A stretch of DNA of 64,000 nucleotides from contig NIVC01002170.1 of the NCBI GenBank assembly GCA_002269645.1, forward strand, positions 1 through 64,000, given 5' to 3'. This DNA is from Macrostomum lignano (Eukaryota). Position 1 is the first letter of the stretch. Every line of letters starts with the position of its first letter. The notes beneath the pieces were generated by a model. That model was not told the origin of the DNA, ran no database searches, and was given only the letters and a program-made list of their open reading frames with translations. This document shows positions 32,440 to 45,500 of this stretch, piece by piece. The translations under genes were made by a program, and so were the position numbers.

Positions 32440-33420
32440 GAAGCGCAATGTAAAACATACAAGAGCCACCATGTCAAACATTAAAGAGCCACCATGTCGA
32501 ACATAAAACAGACACCATTAAGAACATAAAAGAGCCACCATGTCAAACATTAAAGAGCCATCATGTCAAACATTAAAGAGCCACCATTTCAAACATTAAA
32601 GAGCCACCATGTCAAACATAAAACAGACACCATTAAGAACATAAAAGAGCCACCATGTCGAACATTAAAGAGCCACCATGTCAAACATAAAAGAGCCACC
32701 ATGTCAAACATTAAAGAGCCAACATGTCAGACATTAAAAGCCACTGTATCAAACATAAAAGAGTTACCATGTAGAACAAAAAAGAGCCACCATGTCGAAC
32801 AAAAAAGAGCCACCATAAAGAACACTAAAGAGCCACCATGTCAAACATTTAGAAGCCATGTTAAAGATTTAAGAGCCACCATGTCAAAGATTAAAAAGCC
32901 ACCATGTCAAACAAGCCACCATTTTGAACATTAAAGAGCCACCATGTCGAACATTAAAGAGCCACCATGTCAAACATAAAAGAGCCACCATGTCAAACAT
33001 TAAAGAGCCAACATGTCAGACATTAAAAGCCACCGTATCAAACATAAAAGAGTTACCATGTAGAACAAAAAAGAGCCACCATGTCGAACAAAAAAGAGCC
33101 ACCATAAAGAACACTAAAGAGCCACCATGTCAAACATTTAGAAGCCATGTTAAAGATTTAAGAGCCACCATGTCAAAGATTAAAAAGCCACCATGTCAAA
33201 CAAGCCACCATTTTGAACATTAAAGAGCCACCATGTCGAACATTAAAGAGCCACCATGTTGAACATTAAAGAGCCACCATGTCGAACATTAAAGAGGCAC
33301 CATGTCTAACATTAAAGAGCCACCATGTCTAACATTAAAGAGCCACCATGTCTAACATTAAAAAGCCACCATGTCAAACATTAAAGAGCCTCCAAGTCAA
33401 ACATAAGAGACGCAGTTTCA
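32440..33420. repeat. Degenerate 22-bp minisatellite with a 289-bp internal duplication
   Basis: Unit aacattaaagagccaccatgtc(a/g). Block ~32647-32934 is repeated at ~32936-33223; the ORF translations ending at 32934 and 33223 are identical. Confidence 0.95.
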
Positions 33421-33544
33421 AATGTAAAAAGAAGCGTCATGCCAATCACAAAGGAGCCATTATAAAGCTAAGGAAATTGTTGCACTTGCTACTTATTGTC
33501 CGGTGGATGCTTGCTATTTAAGGATCAATACTTGCTATCAATTG

Positions 33545-34160
33545 GTTGCTCGCTATCTGGGGTGCTTGCTATCTGGGGGTGCTTGCTATCTGGGGGTGCT
33601 TGCTATCTGGGGGTGCTTGCTATCTGGGGGTGCTTGCTATCTGGGGGTGCTTGCTAGCTGGGGGTGCTTGCTATCTGGGGTGCTTGCTATCTGGGGTGCT
33701 TGCTATCTGGGGGTGCTTGCTATCTGGGGGTGCTTGCTATCTGGGGGTGCTTGCTATCTGGGGGTGCTTGCTAGCTGGGGGTGCTTGCTATCTGGGGGAT
33801 GCTTGCTATCTGGGAGAGCCTGCTATCTGGGGGTGCTTGCTATCTGGGAGAGCCTGCTAACTGGGGGTGCTTGCTATCTGGGGGATGCTTGCTATCTGGG
33901 AGAGCCTGCTATCTGGGGGTGCTTGCTATCTGGGAGAGCCTGCTAACTGGGGGTGCTTGCTATCTGGGGATGCCTGCTATCTGGGGGGTGCTTGCTATCT
34001 AGGGGTGCTTGCTAACTGGGGGTGCCTGCTATCTGGGGGTGCTTGCTATCTGGGGGTGCTTGCTAACTGGGGGTGCTTGCTATCTGGGGGTGCTTGCTAA
34101 CTGGGGGTGCTTGCTATCTGGGGGTGCTTGCTATCTGTAGGTGCTTGCTATCTGGGGGGA
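33545..34160. repeat. 17-bp minisatellite
   Basis: Unit gcttgctatctgggggt with variants. Confidence 0.96.
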
Positions 34161-34437
34161 TCCTTGCTGTCTTAGGATGTTTTCTTTTTGCATTGCACTT
34201 CATCTGAGCAGTTTTTCTATTGACTATGTGAGGGCTTTGTTTGGCCATCTTATTGATACTTGTAGAGAACAGAGATTCTATCTAGATGTCCCCCATTGGG
34301 GGGCGAAGATTGCTAGTAATCCCACTAAATGCCACCAAGTTGTACAGGTGTTGTTCCTGTCTGCTAACTAGTTTATCTTAATTGCACTTCTATTTTCACT
34401 CCTTAACTGTTTCTTAGAATTCATTTGAATATACTGG

Positions 34438-34568
34438 TAGCATTTTATGTATTAGTCTGGTAGCATCTTATGTATGAGTCTGGTAGCATCTTATGTATTA
34501 GTCTGGTAGCATCTTATATATTAGTCTGGTAGCGTCTTATGTATTAGTCTGGTAGTGTCTTATGTATG
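34438..34568. repeat. 23-bp minisatellite (~5.5 copies)
   Basis: Unit tagcatcttatgtattagtctgg. Confidence 0.9.
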
Positions 34569-35086
34569 GCCTGAGCAGTCTAGTACTGGTACATGAACTT
34601 ATCAGATTGTCCTAGTTGGGCGTTCACCGGGATTAGAGGGTCACAGCACAACTCTCTGAATTTCCTCCCAATCCCTTCTCTTAGCAATTTTCTGAGCATT
34701 GTTACTCTCTCTTTCCTCAAAATAACTAACTCAATAAGATTTCAAAGTTAATCTGAGAATATAGAATGAACCAATATTATAGCGCACAAATATTTCAAGA
34801 GCAAGAAAATGTTACTTTTATTTGGGCAAAATTCACTCGTATATATACTGTTTAGATGGCTATGTTTATAACAAAAATTATTTGTCAATAATATTTTGCA
34901 TACTAAAACAAAATGGTGAGTTTACTTTTAGTTTGTGCGCGAATTCAATGTGACTATTATTAAACTATTTTTACTTGTATAAATCGCAATAATATAACAG
35001 CACTATCATTGTAGATGTTCATTAGGCACATAGAAATACTAAAAACTTATAGGAAGTACAGGCTAGCACAATTTATTAGGCTAATC

Positions 35087-35279
35087 CAGTAGCAAAACTC
35101 GAAATTTTTGAGAGGGGGCATATTATAAAAGGTAAAGACCTAAGGGAGAGGAGCAGAACACCAGAAGGGATGGCTTTGTATTTTGGCAAAAATTATTTTG
35201 GTCCTCCCTTTGATTTTTTCTGGTCTTTACTTAAGGGAAAAGTGACTGCCTTCCTACCTCTCCTTTAGTTGATCCACTG
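35087..35279. mobile_element. hAT-type MITE, family B (193 bp)
   Basis: Ends cagtagcaaaact... and ...agttgatccactg (degenerate TIR). Exact 8-bp TSD ggctaatc at 35079-35086 and 35280-35287. Confidence 0.75.
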
Positions 35280-35746
35280 GGCTAATCAATTAGTTGTTTG
35301 CTATTGATAACTTTAGTGTCTAAGTTTTTTCATATTTTGATTTTATTTTATGTATATCACAAAATTTTTGTCTATTTGCTCACTTCTATTTTTTTATCAG
35401 AACTGATAAAAAATATATGTCAAATATGCTTAAATATATGAGTATCTTATAATTAAAGTTTATAGTAAAAGCTAATATTGTAATATTACTTACTTTATAC
35501 ACTTTTGTTGCTACACTTTATATATGAGTCATGATAATAAAAATGACTGCCATTTGATAGACAGCTACAGGTTTTTTTGCCAATAGTCTTTAATTTCTTA
35601 GTTTTAAGTTTACTGATTCTATTTTTAAGCAGAAAGCTATTGGATAAGAATTATTTTATGCTTTAGTGCATAGACTGCCAACAAGGTCAATGACAAGGTA
35701 GTAGAAGATTAGTTATTCCCATTTATCCCATATTATCCCACTAGGG

Positions 35747-36916
35747 CAGGGCTTGACAAACTTCGGCCTGCGGGCCACATGCGGCCTGTGAAGCTTCTCA
35801 ATCTGGCCCTCGGGTCCTTTGAAACTTCACAATAGCAATCTAGCCTGCTCAAGTTTATGTCTCTTCTCATGCAGTTCTTTCTCTTTCTCTTGTCTCTTCT
35901 CTCTCCCCGGCTCTGATCTTCTATCTCTCCTCATTTCTCTCTCCTCTTCTATCTCTCCTCATTTCTCTCTCCTCTTCTATCTCTCCTCATTTCTCTCTCC
36001 TCTTCTATCTCTCCTCATTTCTCTCTCCTCATTTCTCTCTCCTCTTCTATCTCTCCTCATTTCTCTCTCCTCTTCTATCTCTCCTCATTTCTCTCTCCTC
36101 TTCTATCTCTCCTCATTTCTCTCTCCTCATTTCTCTCTCCTCTTCTATCTCTCCTCATTTCTCTCTCCTCATTTCTCTCTCCTCATTTCTCTCTCCTCAT
36201 TTCTCTCTCCTCTTCTATCTCTCCTCATTTCTCTCTCCTCTTCTATCTCTCCTCATTTCTCTCTCCTCTTCTATCTCTCCTCATTTCTCTCTCCTCTTCT
36301 ATCTCTCCTCATTTCTCTCTCCTCATTTCTCTCTCCTCTTCTATCTCTCCTCATTTCTCTCTCCTCTTCTATCTCTCCTCATTTCTCTCTCCTCTTCTAT
36401 CTCTCCTCATTTCTCTCTCCTCATTTCTCTCTCCTCTTCTATCTCTCCTCATTTCTCTCTCCTCTTCTATCTCTCCTCATTTCTCTCTCCTCTTCTATCT
36501 CTCCTCATTTCTCTCTCCTCTTCTATCTCTCCTCATTTCTCTCTCCTCTTCTATCTCTCCTCATTTCTCTCTCCTCATTTCTCTCTCCTCTTCTATCTCT
36601 CCTCATTTCTCTCTCCTCTTCTATCTCTCCTCATTTCTCTCTCCTCTTCTATCTCTCCTCATTTCTCTCTCCTCTCTCCCGTATCTCCTCTCTGTCTCCC
36701 CTCTCCTCGTCCTCTCTCCTCGCTCTCCTCTTTCCCATTCTCTTCTCTCCCTCCTCTTCTCTCCCCTCTCTACCTTCTCTACTCTCCCATTTTCTCTCAT
36801 CTCACCTATCATCTTTTATCCTTTCTACTTTTCTCTCTCATTTCCTTTCCATGGCCCGCAGCCATGAGCTGTATTTTCTATCGGGCACTTGGGGGTAAAA
36901 AGTTTGCCGACCCCTG
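35747..36916. mobile_element. hAT MITE, family A copy 3, inflated to 1170 bp by an internal CT-rich array
   Basis: Ends cagggcttgacaaact / agtttgccgacccctg. Exact 8-bp TSD cactaggg at 35739-35746 and 36917-36924. The 3' part tggcccgcagccatgagctg...gtaaaa is shared with copy 2 (18667-18838). Confidence 0.9.
35925..36672. repeat. Polypyrimidine minisatellite (tctctcctc-atttc / -ttcta units) inside the MITE
   Basis: Alternating ttctatctctcctc and atttctctctcctc units. It is the source of the spurious 359-aa L/S/F ORF. Confidence 0.97.
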
Positions 36917-37084
36917 CACTAGGGTCTAATGAGACTTTGAGATATAGAATATTTTTGATGACTCTATAATCATTGCCAGTCTAATAGAGTAAAATTGCCA
37001 CTCTTATACGTCACTTTTATTTCAGGACTTAGTTGACAGGACTAAGTTTAAGCTCTACTTGGTTTCAACAGCCCAGCCAAGCCA

Positions 37085-40000
37085 ATGCTGCCAGTAACAT
37101 TTCGCTACCGCCGCTATCTTGGCTGGCGCAAGCACTGGCTATATGGTTTGCTATTAGCGGCATTTATATTTGCAATTGTCTACCTGCTACATGGCGGCGG
37201 CTATCGGGACAGGCTGGCAAACCAAAGGGATTGGCCAACTGTTCAAGCTGCTTTGTCAGCAACACCATGGGAGCTGCCGGACAATGACCAGCTGGTGCTG
37301 TCAGGCCCCGGCAGTCGGCACTATCCAGCAACTTTGAATGCGTCCAAGTCTGGCGTTGCAGAACTGCTGCAGAATCCCATGAAACTCGATGAGCTGCGCT
37401 CCAATGTCAGGAAGACGCTCAGCTATCTAAGCCACTTGGCTAAACCGTCCGAATTTGATGCCAACGCTGGCAGCTGCATGTGTGGCCGAATTGCCGAGCC
37501 GTGCAACTGCTGCGCCAGGCTGACGGCCGACCGGCTTCGGCTCGGACAGACTGCCTGCGTGCAGTTCGCCTATCTGGTGCATCGGCAGGCCATGAGAACC
37601 CGGCTGTTGCTGGCCGGGTCCATACTGGTATGGGGACTGGCTGCTTCTGTGCTGCATCGCGTGGAGAACTAGGTAGCTTAGTCTGAGGATAGGCCAGGAG
37701 AATCGGGTAGCTTAGTCTGAGGATAGGCCAGGAGAATCGGGTAGCTTAGTCTGAGGATAGGCCAGGAGAATCCGGTAGCTTAGTCTGAGGATAGGCCAGG
37801 AGAATCGGGTAGCTTAGTCTGAGGATAGGCCAGGAGAATCGGGTAGCTTAGTCTGAGGATAGGCCAGGAGAATCGGGTAGCTTAGTCTGAGGATAGGCCA
37901 GGAGAAATGGGTAGCTTAGTCTGAGGATAGGCCAGGAGAATCCGGTAGCTTAGTCTGAGGATAGGCCAGGAGAACTGGGTAGCTTAGTCTGAGGATAGGC
38001 CAGGAGAATCGGGTAGCTTAGTCTGAGGATAGGCCAGGAGAATCCGGTAGCTTAGTCTGAGGATAGGCCAGGAGAATCGGGTAGCTTAGTCTGAGGATAG
38101 GCCAGGAGAATCGGGTAGCTTAGTCTGAGGATAGGCCAGGAGAATCCGGTAGCTTAGTCTGAGGATAGGCCAGGAGAATCGGGTAGCTTAGTCTGAGGAT
38201 AGGCCAGGAGAATCGGGTAGCTTAGTCTGAGGATAGGCCAGGAGAATCCGGTAGCTTAGTCTGAGGATAGGCCAGGAGAATCGGGTAGCTTAGTCTGAGG
38301 ATAGGCCAGGAGAATCGGGTAGCTTAGTCTGAGGATAGGCCAGGAGAATCCGGTAGCTTAGTCTGAGGATAGGCCAGGAGAATCGGGTAGCTTAGTCTGA
38401 GGATAGGCCAGGAGAATCGGGTAGCTTAGTCTGAGGATAGGCCAGGAGAAATGGGTAGCTTAGTCTGAGGATAGGCCAGGAGAAATGGGTAGCTTAGTCT
38501 GAGGATAGGCCAGGAGAATCGGGTAGCTTAGTCTGAGGATAGGCCAGGAGAATCGGTAGCTTAGTCTGAGGATAGGCCAGGAGAATCGGGTAGCTTAGTC
38601 TGAGGATAGGCCAGGAGAATCGGGTAGCTTAGTCTGAGGATAGGCCAGGAGAATCGGGTAGCTTAGTCTGAGGATAGGCCAGGAGAACTGGGTAGCTTAG
38701 TCTGAGGATAGGCCAGGAGAACTGGGTAGCTTAGTCTGAGGATAGGCCAGGAGAATCGGTAGCTTAGTCTGAGGATAGGCCAGGAGAATCGGGTAGCTTA
38801 GTCTGAGGATAGGCCAGGAGAAATGGGTAGCTTAGTCTGAGGATAGGCCAGGAGAATCCGGTAGCTTAGTCTGAGGATAGGCCAGGAGAACTGGGTAGCT
38901 TAGTCTGAGGATAGGCCAGGAGAATCGGGTAGCTTAGTCTGAGGATAGGCCAGGAGAATCCGGTAGCTTAGTCTGAGGATAGGCCAGGAGAATCGGGTAG
39001 CTTAGTCTGAGGATAGGCCAGGAGAATCGGGTAGCTTAGTCTGAGGATAGGCCAGGAGAATCCGGTAGCTTAGTCTGAGGATAGGCCAGGAGAATCGGGT
39101 AGCTTAGTCTGAGGATAGGCCAGGAGAATCGGGTAGCTTAGTCTGAGGATAGGCCAGGAGAATCCGGTAGCTTAGTCTGAGGATAGGCCAGGAGAATCGG
39201 GTAGCTTAGTCTGAGGATAGGCCAGGAGAATCGGGTAGCTTAGTCTGAGGATAGGCCAGGAGAATCCGGTAGCTTAGTCTGAGGATAGGCCAGGAGAATC
39301 GGGTAGCTTAGTCTGAGGATAGGCCAGGAGAATCGGGTAGCTTAGTCTGAGGATAGGCCAGGAGAAATGGGTAGCTTAGTCTGAGGATAGGCCAGGAGAA
39401 ATGGGTAGCTTAGTCTGAGGATAGGCCAGGAGAACTGGGTAGCTTAGTCTGAGGATAGGCCAGGAGAATCGGTAGCTTAGTCTGAGGATAGGCCAGGAGA
39501 ATCGGGTAGCTTAGTCTGAGGATAGGCCAGGAGAATCGGGTAGCTTAGTCTGAGGATAGGCCAGGAGAATCGGGTAGCTTAGTCTGAGGATAGGCCAGGA
39601 GAACTGGGTAGCTTAGTCTGAGGATAGGCCAGGAGAACTGGGTAGCTTAGTCTGAGGATAGGCCAGGAGAATCGGTAGCTTAGTCTGAGGATAGGCCAGG
39701 AGAATCGGGTAGCTTAGTCTGAGGATAGGCCAGGAGAATCGGGTAGCTTAGTCTGAGGATAGGCCAGGAGAATCGGGTAGCTTAGTCTGAGGATAGGCCA
39801 GGAGAATCGGGTAGCTTAGTCTGAGGATAGGCCAGGAGAAATGGGTAGCTTAGTCTGAGGATAGGCCAGGAGAACTGGGTAGCTTAGTCTGAGGATAGGC
39901 CAGGAGAATCGGTAGCTTAGTCTGAGGATAGGCCAGGAGAATCGGGTAGCTTAGTCTGAGGATAGGCCAGGAGAATCGGGTAGCTTAGTCTGAGGATAGG

Positions 40001-41866
40001 CCAGGAGAATCGGGTAGCTTAGTCTGAGGATAGGCCAGGAGAAATGGGTAGCTTAGTCTGAGGATAGGCCAGGAGAATCCGGTAGCTTAGTCTGAGGATA
40101 GGCCAGGAGAACTGGGTAGCTTAGTCTGAGGATAGGCCAGGAGAACTGGGTAGCTTAGTCTGAGGATAGGCCAGGAGAATCGGTAGCTTAGTCTGAGGAT
40201 AGGCCAGGAGAATCGGGTAGCTTAGTCTGAGGATAGGCCAGGAGAATCGGGTAGCTTAGTCTGAGGATAGGCCAGGAGAACTGGGTAGCTTAGTCTGAGG
40301 ATAGGCCAGGAGAATCGGTAGCTTAGTCTGAGGATAGGCCAGGAGAATCGGGTAGCTTAGTCTGAGGATAGGCCAGGAGAATCGGGTAGCTTAGTCTGAG
40401 GATAGGCCAGGAGAATCGGTAGCTTAGTCTGAGGATAGGCCAGGAGAATCGGGTAGCTTAGTCTGAGGATAGGCCAGGAGAATCGGTAGCTTAGTCTGAG
40501 GATAGGCCAGGAGAATCGGGTAGATTTCGGGTAGATCGGGTAGATTTGAACACAGGCTGGTAGATTTGAACACAGGTTGGTAGATTTGAACACAGGCTGG
40601 TAGATTTGAACACAGGTTGGTAGATTCGAACACAGGTTGGTAGATTTGAACACAGGTTGGTAGATTTGAACACAGGTTGGTAGATTTGAACACAGGTTGG
40701 TAGATTGGAACACAGGCTGGTAGATTGGACCACAGGCTGGTAGATTTGAACACAGGTTGGTAGATTTAACACAGGTTGGTAGATTTGGAACCACAGGCTG
40801 GTAGATTGGACCACAGGCTGGTAGATTGGACCACAGGCTCGTAGATTTGAACACAGGTTGGTAGATTTGAACACAGGTTGGTAGATTTGAACACAGGTTG
40901 GTAGATTGGACCACAGGCTGGTAGATTGGACCACAGGCTGCTAGATTGGACCACAGGCTGGTAGATTTGAACACAGGTTGGTAGATTTAAACACAGGTTG
41001 GTAGATTGGACCACAGGCTGGTAGATTGGACCACAGGCTGGTAGATTGGACCACAGGCTGGTAGATTTGAACACAGGTTGGTAGATTTAAACACAGGTTG
41101 GTAGATTGGACCACAGGCTGGTAGATTGGACCACAGGCTGGTAGATTGGACCACAGGCTCGTAGATTTGAACACAGGTTGGTAGATTTGAACACAGGTTG
41201 GTAGATTTGAACACAGGTTGGTAGATTGGACCACAGGCTGGTAGATTGGACCACAGGCTGGTAGATTGACACAGGCTGGTAGATTTGAACACAGGTTGGT
41301 AGATTTAAACACAGGCTGGTAGATTTGAACACAGGCTGGTAGATTTGAACACAGGTTGGTAGATTTGAACACAGGTTGGTAGATTTGAACACAGGCTGGT
41401 AGATTTGAACACAGGCTGGTAGATTTGAACACAGGTTGGTAGATTTGAACACAGGTTGGTAGATTTGAACACAGGTTGGTAGATTTGAACACAGGTTGGT
41501 AGACTTAAACACCCGCCGTCCGCCCAGGTGGATAAGCTGCTGTCCGCCGCCAGCATGCCGTCGGCCCTGTGCGCAGGCGAGCACCAGCCCCGCCTGGAAC
41601 TGTGCGCCAGATTTCGCAACGCATCCTACACTGTGCAGATTCACTCCAGGCACAAGACTAGGCTATCTGGCTGTATTGAACTATTAGTTAATCTGGCGAA
41701 TACAACTATTTATGCTTATCCGTTGGGCTGTTTCAACGCCGAGGGTCCCAGCGACTCAGCTGCGGAGTCGGCGGCTGAAAGCGGCAGGAGCGCCAACGCC
41801 AAGGTCGGGCGGCCCAAACACGCGGCCGCTGGCCACAATTTGCACATGGACAATTGGGTGCCTTGA
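37085..41866 (+). CDS. DUF4773-like cysteine-rich protein with an N-terminal membrane anchor, 2 coding exons, ~293 aa
   Basis: Exon 1 is 37085-37627 (donor ctg|gtatgg) and exon 2 is 41528-41866 (acceptor gcccag|gtg), both phase 0. The joined protein reads SCMCGRIAEPCNCCARL...ACVQFAY...LAGSIL|VDKLLSAASMPSALC...LCARFRN...SGCIELLVNL...YPLGCF, the cysteine spacing I recall for DUF4773. Hydrophobic segment WLYGLLLAAFIFAIVYLL lies near the N-terminus. The family call is from pattern recall, not a search. Confidence 0.8.
37665..40525. repeat. 34-bp satellite (~84 copies) in the DUF4773-gene intron
   Basis: Unit ggtagcttagtctgaggataggccaggagaatcg; variation is confined to the aatcg/aatcc/aactg/aaatg segment. 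Confidence 0.99.
40535..41510. repeat. 20-bp satellite (~48 copies) in the same intron
   Basis: Unit ggtagattt gaacacagg(t/c)t, with variant ggtagattggaccacaggct. Confidence 0.98.
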
Positions 41867-42509
41867 GTGCTCAGCTCATTTTTTGCATACGAGTTGCTTG
41901 TCTCTTTTAACCGGATTGGAAAATCAATAAGATTGATAATCGTAAATCTATAGAAAGGTGTCAGCACAGTAAAAGCTTTCATTTAAAGTTGATGCTCACT
42001 TGCCTACTTTCTACTCGGTACTCAGTAGCAAGTAGAGAAAATCGCTATCATTTTTGTCTGCTGGAAGCAACTATTAAGCTGTTATTTTTATTAAGTCAGG
42101 AACAAAATAGTAGCAAATACTACTGACTTGACAGTAGTGTAAAAGAGTATGCGAATTGTGAGAAAACTATAGATATTAATATTAATATTATTCTAATGCA
42201 TGCTCCACTGTATTAAACATCAGTTAGAGAATTTATTTTCTGAGATAATATCTGAGTTTTGCTTATTTTATTTTGTCAACTGCTTCTTTGTGCATTTTTC
42301 TTTTCTATTTTTAATTTCAAAAACCTCTATGTTGCTAAGCTATCTTTTTTGTCGACCTGTTTTTTCTGCTACTGCGCAGGTCTATGAAAAATTAACAACT
42401 TCTAGTAGCTAAAACCCAAAATAGTGCAACTGTTACCTGTTAACCAACATTCAATTGTTTTTATATTTTACTGCGAGTCAAACTGCGAATGAAATGACAC
42501 CCTCTGAAA

Positions 42510-45500
42510 TGGCAGCTTCTCAAATGAAATGACAGCCCCTCAAATGAAATAGCAGCCCCTCAAATGAAATAGCAGCCCCTCAAATGAAATGACAGCCCCT
42601 CAAATGAAATAGCAACCCCTTAAATGAAATGACAGCCCCTCAAATGAAATGACAGCCCCTCAAATGAAATAGCACCCCTCAAATGAAATAGCAGCCCCTC
42701 AGATGAAATGACAGCCCCTCAAATGAAATGGCACCCCTCAAATGAAATAGCAGCCCCTCAAATAAAATGACAGCCCCTCAAATGTAATAACAGCCCCTCA
42801 AATGTAATGGCAGACCCTCAAATGTAATGACAGCCCCTTAAATGAAATGGCACTCCTCAAATGAAATGGCAACCGCTCAAATGTAATGACAGCCCCTCAA
42901 ATGAAATAGCAGCCCCTCAAATTAAATGACAGCCCCTCAAATGAAATAGCAGCCCCTCAAATGAAATGGCAGCCCCTCAAATGAAATGGCAGCCCCTCAA
43001 ATGAAATAGCAGCCCCTCAAATGTAATGACAGCCCCTCAAATGAAATGGCACCCCTCAAATGAAATGGCAGCCCCTCAAATAAAGTGGCAGCCCCTCAAA
43101 TGAAATAGCAACCTCTCAAATGAAATGGCACCCCTCAAATGAAATAGCAACCTCTCAAATGAAATGGCACCCCTCAAATGAAATGGCAGCCCCTCAAATG
43201 AAATAGCAGCCCCTCAAATGTAATGACAGCCCCTCAAATGAAATGGCACCCCTCAAATGAGGTGGCACCCCTCAAATGAAATAGCAACCTCTCAAATGAA
43301 ATGGCAGCCCCTCAAATGAAATGGCAACCCCTCAAATGAAATAGCAACCTCTCAAATGAAATGGCAGCCCCTCAAATGAAATAGCAACCTCTCAAATGAA
43401 ATGGCACCCCTCAAATGAAGTGGCACCCCTCAAATGAAATAGCAACCTCTCAAATGAAATGGCAGCCCTTCAAATGAAATGGCAGCCCCTCAAATGAAGT
43501 GGCACCCCTCAAATGAAATAGCAACCTCTCAAATGAAATGGCAGCCCCTCAAATGAAATGGCACCCCTCAAATGAAATAGCAACCTCTCAAATGAAATGA
43601 CAGCCCCTCAAATGAAATGGCAGCCCCTCAAATGAAATGGCAGCCCCTCAAATGAAATGGCACCCCTCAAATGAAATAGCAACCTCTCAAATGAAATGAC
43701 AGCCCCTCAAATGAAATGGCACCCCTCAAATGAAATAGCAACCTCTCAAATGAAATGGCAGCCCCTCAAATGAAATAGCAACCTCTCAAATGAAATGGCA
43801 CCCCTCAAATGAAGTGGCACCCCTCAAATGAAATAGCAACCTCTCAAATGAAATGGCAGCCCCTCAAATGAAATGGCAGCCCCTCAAATGAAGTGGCACT
43901 CCTCAAATGAAATAGCAACCTCTCAAATGAAATGGCAGCCCCTCAAATGAAATGGCACCCCTCAAATGAAATAGCAACCTCTCAAATGAAATGACAGCCC
44001 CTCAAATGAAATGGCACCCCTCAAATGAAATGGCACCCCTCAAATGAAATGGCAGCCCCTCAAATGAAATGGCAGCCCCTCAAATGAAATGGCAGCCCCT
44101 CAAATGAAATGGCAGCCCCTCAAATGAAATGGCAGCCCCTCAAATGAAATGGCAGCCCCTCAAATGAAATGGCAGCCCCTCAAATGAAATAGCAGCCCCT
44201 CAAATGTAATGACAGCCCCTCAAATGAAATGGCACCCCTCAAATGAAGTGGCACCCCTCAAATGAAATAGCAACCTCTCAAATGAAATGACAGCCCCTCA
44301 AATGAAATGGCACCCCTCAAATGAAATAGCAACCTCTCAAATGAAATGGCAGCCCCTCAAATGAAATAGCAACCTCTCAAATGAAATGGCACCCCTCAAA
44401 TGAAGTGGCACCCCTCAAATGAAATAGCAACCTCTCAAATGAAATCGCAGCCCCTCAAATGAAATGGCAGCCCCTCAAATGAAGTGGCACCCCTCAAATG
44501 AAATAGCAACCTCTCAAATGAAATGGCAGCCCCTCAAATGAAATGGCACCCCTCAAATGAAATAGCAACCTCTCAAATGAAATGACAGCCCCTCAAATGA
44601 AATGGCACCCCTCAAATGAAATGGCACCCCTCAAATGAAATGGCAGCCCCTCAAATGAAATAGCAGCCCCTCAAATGAAATGACAGCCCCTCAAATGAAA
44701 TGGCAGCCCCTCAAATGAAATGGCACCCCTCAAATGAAATGGCACCCCTCAAATGAAATGGCACCCCTCAAATGAAATGGCACCCCTCAAATGAAATGGC
44801 AACCCCTCAAATGAAATAGCAACCTCTCAAATGAAATGGCAGCCCCTCAAATGAAATGGCACCCCTCAAATGAAATAGCAACCTCTCAAATGAAATGACA
44901 GCCCCTCAAATGAAATGGCACCCCTCAAATGAAATAGCAACCTCTCAAATGAAATGACATCCCCTCAAATGAAATGGCACCCCTCAAATGAAATGGCACC
45001 CCTCAAATGAAATGACAGCCCCTCAAATGAAATGGCAGCCCCTCAAATGAAATGACAGCCCCTCAAATGAAATAGCAGCCCCTCAAATGAAATGACAGCC
45101 CCTCAAATGAAATGGCACCCCTCAAATGAAATGGCAGCCCCTCAAATGAAATAGCAGCCCCTCAAATGTAATGACAGCCCCTCAAATGAAATGGCACCCC
45201 TCAAATGAGGTGGCACCCCTCAAATGAAATAGCAACCTCTCAAATGAAATGGCAGCCCCTCAAATGAAATGGCAACCCCTCAAATGAAATAGCAACCTCT
45301 CAAATGAAATGGCAGCCCCTCAAATGAAATAGCAACCTCTCAAATGAAATGGCACCCTCAAATGAAGTGGCACCCTCAAATGAAATAGCAACCTCTCAAA
45401 TGAAATGGCAGCCCTTCAAATGAAATGGCAGCCCCTCAAATGAAGTGGCACCCCTCAAATGAAATAGCAACCTCTCAAATGAAATGGCAGCCCCTCAAAT

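Noticed and set aside
35819-36898. 359-aa Leu/Ser/Phe 'membrane protein'
   Set aside because: Translation of the polypyrimidine array inside a TSD-flanked MITE.
37628-37672. Single-exon 195-aa model for the gene at 37085
   Set aside because: The cysteine-rich domain is incomplete without 41528-41866, and phase-0 donor and acceptor sites join the halves seamlessly.
37665-40525. 34-bp array as a CRISPR array
   Set aside because: Units are contiguous with no unique spacers, there are no cas genes, and the context is a eukaryotic intron.
37665-40525. Hammerhead ribozyme in the 34-bp unit (CTGAGGA matches CUGANGA; some units have GAAA)
   Set aside because: The intervening taggccagga cannot form stem II and I could not build stems I and III. 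The 74-bp unit also lacks the CUGANGA core.
40357-41653. Multiple minus-strand ORFs (KSTNLCSNLPTCVQIYQPV repeats)
   Set aside because: Artefacts of the 20-bp satellite and antisense overlap with exon 2 of the DUF4773 gene.
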